From an uncultured Armatimonadetes bacterium (GTDB lineage Bacteria > Armatimonadota > Hebobacteria > Hebobacterales > Hebobacteraceae), in the NCBI GenBank assembly GCA_963716175.1, contig OY970296.1:2016001-2080000 (forward strand): 64,000 nt of DNA, in the 5' to 3' direction. Each line of letters opens with the position of its first letter. The first letter of the stretch is position 1. The notes beneath the pieces were generated by a model. That model was not told the origin of the DNA. It saw nothing but the letters and a program-made list of their open reading frames with translations, and made no database searches. Made by a program: the position numbers and the translations under genes. Shown one piece after another: positions 43,472 to 52,935 of the stretch.

Positions 43472-44719
43472 ATGCCCCGAATGCTGCGTGTCCTGTTGGT
43501 TGTTCTGCTGCTGGCGCTCCTGCTGGCCGGCGCGGCACTGGCCCAGCCCGAGGCGAAGAGCGCGATCCTGTTCATCGGCGACGGCATGGGGCCGATGCAG
43601 ATTCTGATTGGCCAGGCTGCGAACGGCGGCGAGAAGCTGGTGTTCCAGCGCATGCCCGTCTCCGGTGTCGTGTGGACGCTCAACGGCGGCGGCTGGGTCA
43701 CGGATTCGGCGGATGCCTCCACTGCGCTGTCGAGCGGGCACAAGACCGCCGATCATCTCGGCCTCGACATGAACGGCCGCCGAACGTGGACCACGGCCGA
43801 GGAGGCGATGGCGGAGGGCAAGAGCGTGGGCATCATCTCGAACGATTCGCTGTGGGGGGCGACGCCCGCGGGCTTCGTGGCCCATGCCGAGAACAGGGGG
43901 ATGTCGGCCGAGATCGCCGAGCAGGTGGCGCGCTCGGGCGCGATGGTGTTGATGGGGGTCGGGAAAGAGGCGTTCCTGCCCAAGAGCAAGGGCGGGGAGC
44001 GGACGGATAGCAGGGACCTGATTTCCGAGATGAAGCGAAGCGGATACCGTGTCGTCTACAACCGCGATGAGATGATGAAGGCAGACCAGCCCCGGCTCCT
44101 TGGGCTGTTCGAGGACGAAACCGCGCCGACGCTGGCGGAGCAAGTCTCGGCCGCGCTGAGGCGACTGAGCACCGATGAGCAGGGGTTCTTCCTGATCGTC
44201 GAGCAGGCGCGGGTGGATTGGAAGGTCGGCGATCCTTCGGGCGTGGCGCAGGACGTGCTGGGGCTGGACAAAGCAGTGCAGGTGGCGCTGAACCACGCGA
44301 CCACGGCCGGTGACACGCTGGTGGTCGTGACCGCCGATCACGAGACCGGCGGCTTGCTCATCGTTGACCCTGAGAAGGTAAGCATCCTCAGCCAGATCCC
44401 GCGCACCGCGGCCGACATCGCCGCCCAGGTGAATGCTGACCGCAGCAACATCAGGGAGGTGATGAAGCAGTACGCGGCCATCGCTGACCTAACCGAGGCC
44501 GAGCTGCAGCAGATCGCGACGGCGAAGGACGCCGAGGCGGGCATCGGCGCAGTGATCGGCGAGCGCGCCGGCCTGAAGTGGTGCACTGGGGACCACACGA
44601 TGACGCCAGTCAGAATCTACGCGTTCGGGCCGGGTTCGGAGCGCTTCTGCGGCGACATTGACAACACAGACATCGCGAAGCGGATGGGGCGGGCGTTCGA
44701 GGCGTTCTGGTCCGACTAG
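43472..44719 (+). CDS. phoA: Alkaline phosphatase
   Basis: FIGDGMG, VTDSA, ATPA and TADHETGG motifs; signal peptide. Confidence 0.92.
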   Translation: MPRMLRVLLVVLLLALLLAGAALAQPEAKSAILFIGDGMGPMQILIGQAANGGEKLVFQRMPVSGVVWTLNGGGWVTDSADASTALSSGHKTADHLGLDMNGRRTWTTAEEAMAEGKSVGIISNDSLWGATPAGFVAHAENRGMSAEIAEQVARSGAMVLMGVGKEAFLPKSKGGERTDSRDLISEMKRSGYRVVYNRDEMMKADQPRLLGLFEDETAPTLAEQVSAALRRLSTDEQGFFLIVEQARVDWKVGDPSGVAQDVLGLDKAVQVALNHATTAGDTLVVVTADHETGGLLIVDPEKVSILSQIPRTAADIAAQVNADRSNIREVMKQYAAIADLTEAELQQIATAKDAEAGIGAVIGERAGLKWCTGDHTMTPVRIYAFGPGSERFCGDIDNTDIAKRMGRAFEAFWSD

Positions 44720-44747
44720 CCCGGCGGCTGCGCGACTTCGTGCCCCG

Positions 44748-45015
44748 CAACCCCCCGTGAAGCCAGCCTGGGGACCCCTCGACCCCGGGTGCCCCGTGGG
44801 CTTGGAGTTCACTGTCCGGGGTTCCGTCGCGTGTGGCGACAGCGGCCGCGACACCGTGGCGATGACCGGCAACCCCGTCCAGTCAGGACCTCGCCCGGGA
44901 TCATCCTCCGTCCTTCGTGCCTCCCGGAACAGGGGTATCAGTGGATGGAGAGAATACTACGACTGAGGCTGCAGGTGGCGTCCTGGGAGCCGGATGAGTT
45001 ACTGGACAGCGCGGG
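44748..45015 (+). repeat. Dispersed element, full-length copy
   Basis: CTGTCCGGGGTTCCGTCGCG...ACAGGGGTATC..GAGAATAC...CTGGGAGCCGGATGAGTTACTGGACAGCGCGGG. Confidence 0.85.
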
Positions 45016-45130
45016 CAGCAGCACTCTCCTCGCGTGGCCGTGGCCGGCATGTCCTCATCGCCAAGGAGCGAACCTGCCCTGTTACTCGCCGCGGTGGTGA
45101 CGGCCATGGTCGTGCGCAATGCTACAGATG

Positions 45131-45200
45131 GCCGACGGCTCCGGTCACCCTCGACTCCGGCTACCCGCCCGGCTGGGAGTCACTGGGCGGGTTACGTCGG
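45131..45200 (+). repeat. Dispersed element, hairpin module
   Basis: GCCGACGGCTCCGGTCACCCTCGACTCCGGCTACCCGCCCGGCTGGGAGTCACTG. Confidence 0.8.
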
Positions 45201-45368
45201 GTGTACGGCTGATCCTTGCCCGCACGCAGGCTCGGGAACCGCTCAGCGGTGTCTCATCGTCTCCTAACACCGACACGCGGGGTCATGTCTGTTACTCAGC
45301 GGCAACCGCCGCGTGCTGCTGATGCCAATTCTCCCCCACCATCCAGTGCCGAGCCGCGCACCCCCGAT

Positions 45369-46694
45369 CTACGTCACCGCCCATACGCTCGATGGCTGCT
45401 TGGGGAAGAGGATCCGCAGCAGCACTCTGGCGTCGCTGCCACAGGCGTAGCAGTCCGGATTGACGTGGCGGAGGTCCTCCAGCGAGTGCATGCCGAAGAG
45501 CATGTGCAGGAAGGTGCCGCTTCGGAAACAGCCTGACTCGCCCTCTTGCGCTGGCGACCACGGCTCGGCGACCGTGAGCCTGCCCTTCGTGAAAGCCAGC
45601 CGCAGGCCATCCCGGAAGAAGCTGAGCTTCAGTTCCCCCGTCCACCGGGGTGCGATGGACCTCGCCAGTCGCGCCTGCAGCACCGGTGCGATGAGGCGCA
45701 GGAACCCGGGCAGGTCCGGCACACGGAGGTAGAACGCGTAGGGCTCACCGCCGGGCTGCAGGAAGTCGGGCGCCGCCTCGTAGGCAGGATGCCGCGTTCC
45801 CAACTCGAAGCGCAGCCACTCCAACTCTTTGCCATCCCGCGCTGCGTACTCGGACCCTGCGGCATTCAGGTACCGCAGTACGCTCGGCGTGGCCCCCAGC
45901 CAGTCCGCGCCGGCCCTGAGTTCGTAGAGCACGGCTGTAATCGCGTTGCCCCGGAGAGCGCCACCATGAGCGAGCAGGCCCAGGCGCTCCCCTCTCGGTG
46001 TCGCGACGACGCGGAACTGCTCGCCAGTGGTGCGGCCGAACGCGAAGTAGCGCCATAGCCTCGGCGAGGGCACGCTTGAGACGAGAGAACGCTTCCGGCC
46101 CTGCGCATAGACCCGCGCCATGAAGGGCAGGTCGGCCTCCGCCGCGGGACGCACCAGGTAGGGCTCTTCCTCTCCCTCCTTGAGCTTGGGCACATCGCAC
46201 GTGTGGCCGCGGCGGCCGGCATCGAGTTCCAGTGCCATTTCGTAGCCGAACTGGCGATAGAAGTTTGGGATGCCGGCGATCGCCTGCAGCACCTGCCCGC
46301 GCTGTGCGCTCCACTTATGTATGATATCGAACTGCGCGCGGATGAGGCCACGCCGCCGGTAGCTGGGGTCTGTCGCCACAAGCTCCGGCCGGCCGATGGC
46401 GAACTCTATCCCTCCATATGACCACCGCTGAGACAGCAGACAGAGCGAGGAGACGATCTCCCCAGTACGCGGGTCTTCGACGACCGTGAAGTCGCGAGGC
46501 CTGAAGGTAGGGTACCGGCCCGCCATCAGATCGCCGGTCCAATGCACCACGAACTGATCCGGGTCCTCGGGGCTTCCGAGAGTCCGGCCGGTGAAGCGCA
46601 CCAGGGCCTCCGTGTCTTCGGGCGTCGCCCGGCGCAGCACGAGACCATCTACCAACTCCCGGATGATTGCCCCGCCTCTCCTCGGTTTCTGCAT
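45369..46694 (-). CDS. Tandem GNAT (Eis-like) acetyltransferase
   Basis: VATDPSYRRRGL and GIPNFYRQFGYE motifs. Confidence 0.9.
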   Translation of the reverse strand: MQKPRRGGAIIRELVDGLVLRRATPEDTEALVRFTGRTLGSPEDPDQFVVHWTGDLMAGRYPTFRPRDFTVVEDPRTGEIVSSLCLLSQRWSYGGIEFAIGRPELVATDPSYRRRGLIRAQFDIIHKWSAQRGQVLQAIAGIPNFYRQFGYEMALELDAGRRGHTCDVPKLKEGEEEPYLVRPAAEADLPFMARVYAQGRKRSLVSSVPSPRLWRYFAFGRTTGEQFRVVATPRGERLGLLAHGGALRGNAITAVLYELRAGADWLGATPSVLRYLNAAGSEYAARDGKELEWLRFELGTRHPAYEAAPDFLQPGGEPYAFYLRVPDLPGFLRLIAPVLQARLARSIAPRWTGELKLSFFRDGLRLAFTKGRLTVAEPWSPAQEGESGCFRSGTFLHMLFGMHSLEDLRHVNPDCYACGSDARVLLRILFPKQPSSVWAVT

Positions 46695-46830
46695 CCCTGT
46701 CTCCTCAAGAAATGACACACGCCTGCCTGGCGCCACCCGGTAAGTCGGATGACGCAAAGCAGGCGCGCAATGGGCTGAGGTGCGTATTCCTGCTAGAGCA
46801 GTATGGTTCTCTCCGTGGTCAGCCGTGGAT

Positions 46831-46859
46831 AATCTAGCCCAAGGTCACCTTCGTGTCAA
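46831..46859 (-). promoter_or_regulatory. Sigma70-like promoter for the GNAT gene
   Basis: Minus strand TTGACA-17 nt-TAGATT. Confidence 0.6.
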
Positions 46860-46912
46860 GCTTCGCAAGCCCCTCACTCACGATCTTCCGGCGTTTCGCG
46901 ACCACCTTTCCT

Positions 46913-47180
46913 TGTCAACCGCCCGTGGAGCCGCCCCCGCGCACCCCCTGACTCCGGCTACCCCCTCAGCTGGAGTCACTGTCCGGGGTTCCGTCGCGGG
47001 TGGGGAAGGGAGCCGCGCCACGGCGGCGACCATGGAAGGTCCGCCCCGTCGAGTCCGCTTTTGACCTCCTCACCCATCCTAGGTGCCTCCGAAACCCTAG
47101 TCTCAGCGATCACGGAAATCAGCACGACTGGGCCTCCAGGAGGGTCCTGAGCGCCAGACGGGTTCTTGGACACTAACGGG
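46913..47180 (+). repeat. Dispersed element, full-length copy
   Basis: TGTCAACCGCCCGTGGAGCC...GACTCC...GGAGTCACTGTCCGGGGTTCCGTCGCG...GCCAGACGGGTTCTTGGACAC. Confidence 0.88.
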
Positions 47181-47254
47181 GGATTCAGAGGGGAAGTGAG
47201 TAGTCGCGGAGACGCGGCAGAGGCGTGCCTACGTGCAGGAGACCAGCTTCTGCC

Positions 47255-48106
47255 CTACCGATACTGCTTGATCATCTCGAGGAACTTCGGGTACTCCCCG
47301 TCGAGCATGTGGTAGCATTGCTCGTCGGCAGGGAACTTGCCGGTGCGGACATCGTCGCAGTAGTCCTTCATGGCCTTGGTGACCATTTCGGCGACGTTGC
47401 AGTAGCGCTTGACGAACTTGGGCGTGAATGCCTGGAACTGGCCGATGAGGTCGCTCACAATCAGCAACTGGCCGTCGCAGTACATTCCCGCGCCGATGGA
47501 GAGCACGGGGATAGTGAGCCGCTCGGCAATGAACTTGCCGACCTCCGGCGGGATCGCCTCCAGCAAGAGCAACTGCACACTTGCATCCTGCAGCGCCATG
47601 GCGTCTTCGATCAGAGCCTGCGCGGATGCGACGGTGCGGCCCTGCGCCTTGTGCCCGCCGAGCTGGCCCGAGCTTTGCGGCGTGAGGCCAATGTGTCCAC
47701 AGGCGACGATGCCGGCGTCGAGAATCCCGCGCACCATGGGAATGACGCGCCGGCCGCCCTCCAGCTTGACTGCATCAACCCCAGCCTCCTTGAGAAAGCG
47801 GCCCGCGTTCTCGATCGCCTTTTCCACCGACGACTGGTAGCTCATGAAGGGCATGTCGCCGATCACGAAAGTGTTGGGCGCGCCCCGCCTCACCGCTTCA
47901 CAGTGCACGATGCACTGAGCCATGGTCACCGGAATGGTGTTCGGGTATCCGTAGACGCACATGCCCAGTGAATCGCCGACCAGGATCATGTCCATCCCCG
48001 CCGCCTCGGCGAACTGTGCGGTGGGGTAGTCGTAGGCGGTGATCCAGGTGATCTTCTCACCCCGGCGCTTCATGGCGTAGAAGTCGTGGGTCATCTTCTT
48101 TGGCAT
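47255..48106 (-). CDS. panB: 3-methyl-2-oxobutanoate hydroxymethyltransferase
   Basis: TAYDY, LVGDSLG, DMPFMSY, VKLEGG and GHIGLTPQ motifs. Confidence 0.97.
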   Translation of the reverse strand: MPKKMTHDFYAMKRRGEKITWITAYDYPTAQFAEAAGMDMILVGDSLGMCVYGYPNTIPVTMAQCIVHCEAVRRGAPNTFVIGDMPFMSYQSSVEKAIENAGRFLKEAGVDAVKLEGGRRVIPMVRGILDAGIVACGHIGLTPQSSGQLGGHKAQGRTVASAQALIEDAMALQDASVQLLLLEAIPPEVGKFIAERLTIPVLSIGAGMYCDGQLLIVSDLIGQFQAFTPKFVKRYCNVAEMVTKAMKDYCDDVRTGKFPADEQCYHMLDGEYPKFLEMIKQYR

Positions 48107-48320
48107 GAGGTGCACCTCCGCGTCGAGACAGCCGAGCTTGAGGTGGCTTCTTTTTGTGTCACGAGGCAGATTACCTTCCCGGAGCGCACCCAAGAATGCT
48201 ATCGGGCGTTCTGGAGCGCTGCGACGCATTCTGTTGGGGCATTGTGCGCGTGTGGCGCGCCCGGGAGGCTGGCCTGAGAGCCTGGGGGGTTGTCTGTCCC
48301 CCTCTGCTGCCAGCCACGCC

Positions 48321-48378
48321 GGCCACCCCCGACCCCGGCTACCCCCTCGGCTGCGGGTCCTGCTCGGGTCTGCGTCGC
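48321..48378 (+). repeat. Dispersed element, hairpin module
   Basis: GGCCACCCCCGACCCCGGCTACCCCCTCGGCTGCGGGTC. Confidence 0.75.
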
Positions 48379-48529
48379 CGATGCAGGCAAGCGTACTCCC
48401 CCGGAGAGAACCGTATCCGAGGGCTTCATCGAATGGTCCCGTATGGTAGAATGCCCAGGACTCACTGGCAGGTAACAGGGCTGTCCGAGGTGTCCGATTG
48501 CCATTTGACACCCGCAGACTGTTCGACCA

Positions 48530-48683
48530 GCGCCCCGGGCACTCGTTCCCGGAAGGCCCGGTCCCAATCCAGATCGGGGTGCCGGTGCCACATCGGATAG
48601 TTGTACTTGACCTCAGACCAAACAGTCGCAAGCCCAACCAGCCTCTCCTCGCGCGTCAACCCTCCCATCGCTCTGCCTCCCAT
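48530..48683 (-). pseudogene. N-terminal scrap of an S41-family peptidase
   Basis: LTREERLVGLATVWSEVKYNY...PDLDWD, then truncated. Confidence 0.6.
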
Positions 48684-48735
48684 GTCGTCGCCTTCGCCGC
48701 TCAGCCCGCCCACTCCCGCCGACTCCGGGTTTGCA

Positions 48736-49006
48736 TGTCAACTGCCCGTGAATCCGGCCTGAGGGCACCCTGACCCCGGCTACCCTCTAGGCTGGTGTCA
48801 CTGTCCGGGGTTGCGCCGCGTATGAGACGTGACCAACTAGGGCACGGCAGGGGCCGAGTGCTGGAGGTCCCGCCCAGTCCAACCCCGCTCACCATCCCCG
48901 CCCATCCTCGCCGCCTCCCAGCACAAGTGTGTCAGCGATCGCCGGGAATAGCACCATTGGGGCGGCAGGAGCGCCCTGGGAACCAGATGGGTTTCCGGAC
49001 AGCACG
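48736..49006 (+). repeat. Dispersed element, full-length copy
   Basis: TGTCAACTGCCCGTG...GTCACTGTCCGGGGTT...CTGGGAACCAGATGGGTTTCCGGACAGC. Confidence 0.88.
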
Positions 49007-49133
49007 CCCACGGCCAGCTGGCACAGCGCTTTCTCCGGCATCACACTTATCCCCACGCGGCGATGGTCTGCAGGAACGGCTACTGGGCCGCTGGTATCGT
49101 CGGCAGTAGCTGCTGCGCCCCCTTGGACAAGTG

Positions 49134-49877
49134 ATGAGCACGCAATCGGCCCTCCGCGTGGTGAGTGTTTACCGTCAGTTCGACGCGACGCGCCTCGAGC
49201 TGGAGGTCGCCGGCCGCCGCGGCTTCATCATCGTGCCCGAGGCGCGGTCGCGGCCCACGCCGTGGGTGTGGTACGCGCCGCACTTCGACGGGGTAATGCC
49301 GCGGGAGATCCACACCTGGATCTGCACCCGGCTGCTCGCGGCAGGAGTGGCGATCGCCGGCGTGGATGTCGGCGAGTCTTATGGCAGCCCCGCGGGCCGG
49401 CGGACCTTCACCGCCTTCCTCGACGCCCTCGTGCCTGCCTATGAGCTGGCGGCGCGGCCGACTCTGCTGGGGCAGAGCCGCGGCGGACTCATGCACTACA
49501 ACTGGGCGGTGGAGCACCCCGACCGGGTGTTGCGCATTGCTGGCATCTACCCCGTGTGCAACCTCGCTGCCTGGCCCGGCGCCCCGAAGGCGGCGGAGGC
49601 CTACGAGATAATGCCGGAGCAGCTCCAGGCGGCACTGGTGGAGCACAACCCGATCGATCGCCTGGCGCCTCTCGCCGCAGCCCGCGTGCCGATCTTCCAC
49701 GTGCATGGCGATGCCGATGACGTGATCACGCTGGAGGAGCACTCGGCCGAACTGGCGCGACGCTACCAGGCGTTGGGTGGACCGATGGAGTTGCTCATCA
49801 TCCCCGGCGCCGGCCACGAAGAGATCAGTGCCTTCTTCGAATGCCCGCGGCTTGTCGACTTCTTGATCGGAGGCTGA
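49134..49877 (+). CDS. Alpha/beta hydrolase
   Basis: GQSRGG nucleophile, HGDAD and GAGH motifs. Confidence 0.9.
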   Translation: MSTQSALRVVSVYRQFDATRLELEVAGRRGFIIVPEARSRPTPWVWYAPHFDGVMPREIHTWICTRLLAAGVAIAGVDVGESYGSPAGRRTFTAFLDALVPAYELAARPTLLGQSRGGLMHYNWAVEHPDRVLRIAGIYPVCNLAAWPGAPKAAEAYEIMPEQLQAALVEHNPIDRLAPLAAARVPIFHVHGDADDVITLEEHSAELARRYQALGGPMELLIIPGAGHEEISAFFECPRLVDFLIGG

Positions 49878-49920
49878 AAGAGACGAAAGCGGATCCCCGC
49901 GGATGAACGCGCATGGAACA

Positions 49921-50060
49921 TCAGAAGTCGTACACGATGCGCTTGACCTGGACCCGTGAGGTGCCGAAGTTGAGGAGCAGGCAGAGCTTGAGGCCGGAGG
50001 CCCGCAGGTAGTTGAGGCAGTGTGCGCGGTGAGCATCCTTGCGTGTGTTGACGGCCCGTA
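49921..50060 (-). pseudogene. C-terminal scrap of a GxxExxY protein
   Basis: AHRAHCLNYLRASGLKLCLLLNFG...VKRIV. Confidence 0.75.
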
Positions 50061-50150
50061 GCACCGTCCTGAGCGTGTTGTGGGCTTGCCCCGGGTCGGC
50101 TACCCCGCGCACGATGTTGTACCCAGATGAGACCGCGGTTCGGCACTCCC

Positions 50151-50384
50151 GACATCCCCGACTCCGGCTACCCCCTCGGGTTGGGGTTGTGCGGGGTTCC
50201 GTCTGTGGATGACCGCGCCGGCCTTCCCACGGTCGTGACTGTCAGCCGGCCCGCCCAGCCGGATCTGCCCTCGCGATTCCTGCTTGTCCTCCGCCAGAAC
50301 AGGGGCGTCAGTGATCGCAGAGAAGACCACCAGCGTGGCTCCAGCACCGCTCTGGGAGCCAGATGAGCTGTTGCGCAGGACGGG
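50151..50384 (+). repeat. Dispersed element, full-length degenerate copy
   Basis: CCCCGACTCCGGCTACCCCCTCGG...ACAGGGGCGTC..GAGAAGAC...CTGGGAGCCAGATGAG. Confidence 0.82.
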
Positions 50385-50477
50385 GGGTGCACCGCCGAGA
50401 AGGACGTGAAGGTGTCCGGGCAACGGTCGCGCCGAGCTCCCCCGGAATGCGCAGCCCAGGGAAGAGGTACCCTCGAA

Positions 50478-51437
50478 ATGTCGCCGGACGCTGGTCAGAA
50501 CCCCGTTCAGCTTCGATGTCTGACGATCCTCCCTGCTCTCTTAGGTCTTGCCTGGCCAACCCTGGGACTCGGGGTTGTGGCGCGAGGCGGCGCGGCCGCC
50601 CCTGCGGCAGCCGCGGGATGCGACCCGTTCGGGGTCCGGAAGCTCTTCCCCACGCAGCCGGGAGGGCGGGAGTGGTTCGCCCGGTGGAGTAACGGCCATC
50701 CTCGGGAGTTCGCCAACGCGATCGACCCCGACGATCCCTGGTTCGATACGGACCACGGCGACGGCCGGTACGTCGTGGATGGCCGCGGGAAACTCACTGC
50801 CACCGGGGACCACGTAAGGATGTACGTGCACGATCCTCGCAAGCAGGCCGAGTGGGGTGAGAACCTGGAGATCACGGTCTACATCCGGCGGATCGGCGAG
50901 ACCAAGCTGCTCTCCTACTCCGGGCTTCAGATCTTCGCGCGAACAAACCACGGAACGACCGGCCCCGAGCTGCAGGATCTATGCGACGACCGGGGGTACG
51001 GCGCCAAGGTGCTGGTGGATGGGTGTTGGGAGTTCGAGAAGGAGACGGCGCACCACCTGGACAAAGGCTACACGAGCGTGGCCACGGCCCGCCCGTGGCT
51101 GGCCCTGCCGAAGAACACGCTGGTGGGCGTGAAGTACGTCATCCGCAACGTCCACGGCGGCACCCATGTGAAAGTGGAGCTTTACCGCGACCTAGCGGGC
51201 GGCCTCGGTGGAGGCACTTGGCAGAAGATCACCGAGTTCATCGACACCGGCGCCAACTGGGGTGTGGGCGCCGGAGCCTGCAGGCCTGGTGTCAAGCCGG
51301 AGCTGCCCCTGATGCGGCCCCTAGTCCTGTGCGATTCCGAGAGCGGGAAGCCAATCATGACGGTGTACTTCCGCCATGAATTTGGCACCATCGAGTATCA
51401 GTGGGCCAGCATCCGGGAGATCGCGCCGCTGCCGTGA
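50478..51437 (+). CDS. Secreted beta-rich hypothetical protein (lyase/lectin-like)
   Basis: Signal-like N-terminus, DPFGVRKLFPT and WASIREI motifs. Start is uncertain. Confidence 0.75.
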   Translation: MSPDAGQNPVQLRCLTILPALLGLAWPTLGLGVVARGGAAAPAAAAGCDPFGVRKLFPTQPGGREWFARWSNGHPREFANAIDPDDPWFDTDHGDGRYVVDGRGKLTATGDHVRMYVHDPRKQAEWGENLEITVYIRRIGETKLLSYSGLQIFARTNHGTTGPELQDLCDDRGYGAKVLVDGCWEFEKETAHHLDKGYTSVATARPWLALPKNTLVGVKYVIRNVHGGTHVKVELYRDLAGGLGGGTWQKITEFIDTGANWGVGAGACRPGVKPELPLMRPLVLCDSESGKPIMTVYFRHEFGTIEYQWASIREIAPLP

Positions 51438-51559
51438 GGCGGCCCGGAGAACGGCTGCGGCCACAAGCCTGGCCGGGACGTGGCGTTCCGGGGGCGCGTG
51501 AGCGAAGTCCATCCGAGTAGTAGCGGCGGGTGCGCTGCGGACTCGTGTCCCTCTGTCCG

Positions 51560-51725
51560 TGTCAACCGCCCGTGGAGCCGGCCTGAGGGCACCCCCGACT
51601 CCGGCTATCCCCTCGGCGTGGAGTCACGGCCCGGGGCTCAGTCGCGGGTCGTCGTGCGACGGCGCTTCCCTGACACGCGGGTCACAGCCTTCTGGTTGGC
51701 GGCGTGATGTCAGGCCGGCTCCAGG
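51560..51725 (+). repeat. Dispersed element, 5' leader plus hairpin plus variant tail
   Basis: TGTCAACCGCCCGTGGAGCCGGCCTGAGGGCACCCCCGACTCC...; tail shared with 43143-43245. Confidence 0.85.
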
Positions 51726-51834
51726 GGCCCCTAACAGGGGCAGCCTAGAGCATGTTCCGACCGAAAGCGGCTGCCGACACCGGAAGCGGTCGCGCTCTGG
51801 CCGCGGGACTGGGGCACAGGAGGAGGAAGCGAAC

Positions 51835-51880
51835 ATGGACATCTACGATGCGATCAGAACGCGGCGCATTGTGAAGCCAC
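51835..51880 (+). pseudogene. Nitroreductase N-terminal scrap
   Basis: Strong RBS and MDIYDAIRTRRIVK, which runs into an element 3' module. Confidence 0.65.
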
Positions 51881-51883
51881 ACG

Positions 51884-51922
51884 AGAGTCCTGGGAACCAG
51901 ATGGGTTTCTGGACAGCGCGGG
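51884..51922 (+). repeat. Dispersed element, isolated 3' module
   Basis: CCTGGGAACCAGATGGGTTTCTGGACAGCGCGGG. Confidence 0.85.
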
Positions 51923-51944
51923 CTCTTGGCGTGTAGGAGACGAC

Positions 51945-52935
51945 ATGTCAGAACTACTGGTTAGGCTCTTTCGCTACTCAAACGAGCAGGAGAACTTCTT
52001 CACCGAATGTGTGGCCGACGCGCTGCGGCACAATGAGGCATTTCGCAGAAGGTTCGTCGGGTTCCTGTTCGGCGCCGGCGGGGAGGATCAGGGTGCGCCT
52101 CGAGAGGTGAATGCGATCGAGACGCAGGTGGGCTATCCCGGTTCCTGCGTCGACATGGTGCTACGCTTCGCCGACGGGACGGCACTCGGCGTGGAGCACA
52201 AGCTGTGGTCGCCGGAGGGGGCCCGGCCAACTCGCGAGGTACCTGGGTCTGTCGCTGGACTGGATCGCTTTCGTCACCGGTTACGCCGATGCCGACGCTC
52301 GCACAGAGATCGTAGACCACCCGAAGTACCTCTCACCGCGTTCCGTCCACCCTCATTTCATGTGGCACGACGTCCAGCCGCTGCTGGAGGAAAGCAATCG
52401 TGCCTCGCCGGTCTTCCAGACCGTCGCGCTTCTCAGTCTATTCAGGCACCTCGGCTTCGAGCCGCCGCCTGATAGCATTCCCGACCTATGGGAAATGGAC
52501 CCAGTGGTCAAGCACGCGAACCGCGTGCAGTTCGCCATGCTCTGGCAGCCGACTGAGGCCGGACTCCGAGCAAGGGGGTGGCGGAGATTCGGTCGGGCCA
52601 GTCATGCGGGTCTGGAGTACCGCACTGACTCATCGCCCACGGTGAAGCGCATCTGGCTGGACCCGACGGAGATTCGGGGCTCGCTGCGGCTCCGCCTGAC
52701 GGTCTGCCCGGAGACTGATCCGGCAGGGCTCGTGGGTCGGCTGCAGAGCTCTCCGCTGCCGCGCCGGGACCAGATCGTGCTGACCGTGGCCCGTGCGCGC
52801 CGGACCCGTGGACGCGAGGCAGTGGTCGACGTTCTGATCTCGCTTCGCGCGCTACTCGGTGACGCCATCGGATCTGAAGCGATTGCGCAGCGCCTGGCTG
52901 ACCATACGCTGAGTGTTGTTGACGCAGTGTGTTAG
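51945..52935 (+). pseudogene. PD-(D/E)XK nuclease-like protein, frameshifted near 52220
   Basis: ENFFTE, VDMVL..GVEHK..S.EG, continuing as QLARY in another frame across a G run. Confidence 0.7.

Noticed and set aside
47255-48637. 460-aa extended PanB fusion
   Set aside because: The extension crosses a repeat copy and a gene scrap; the GGAGG RBS supports the ATG at 48106.
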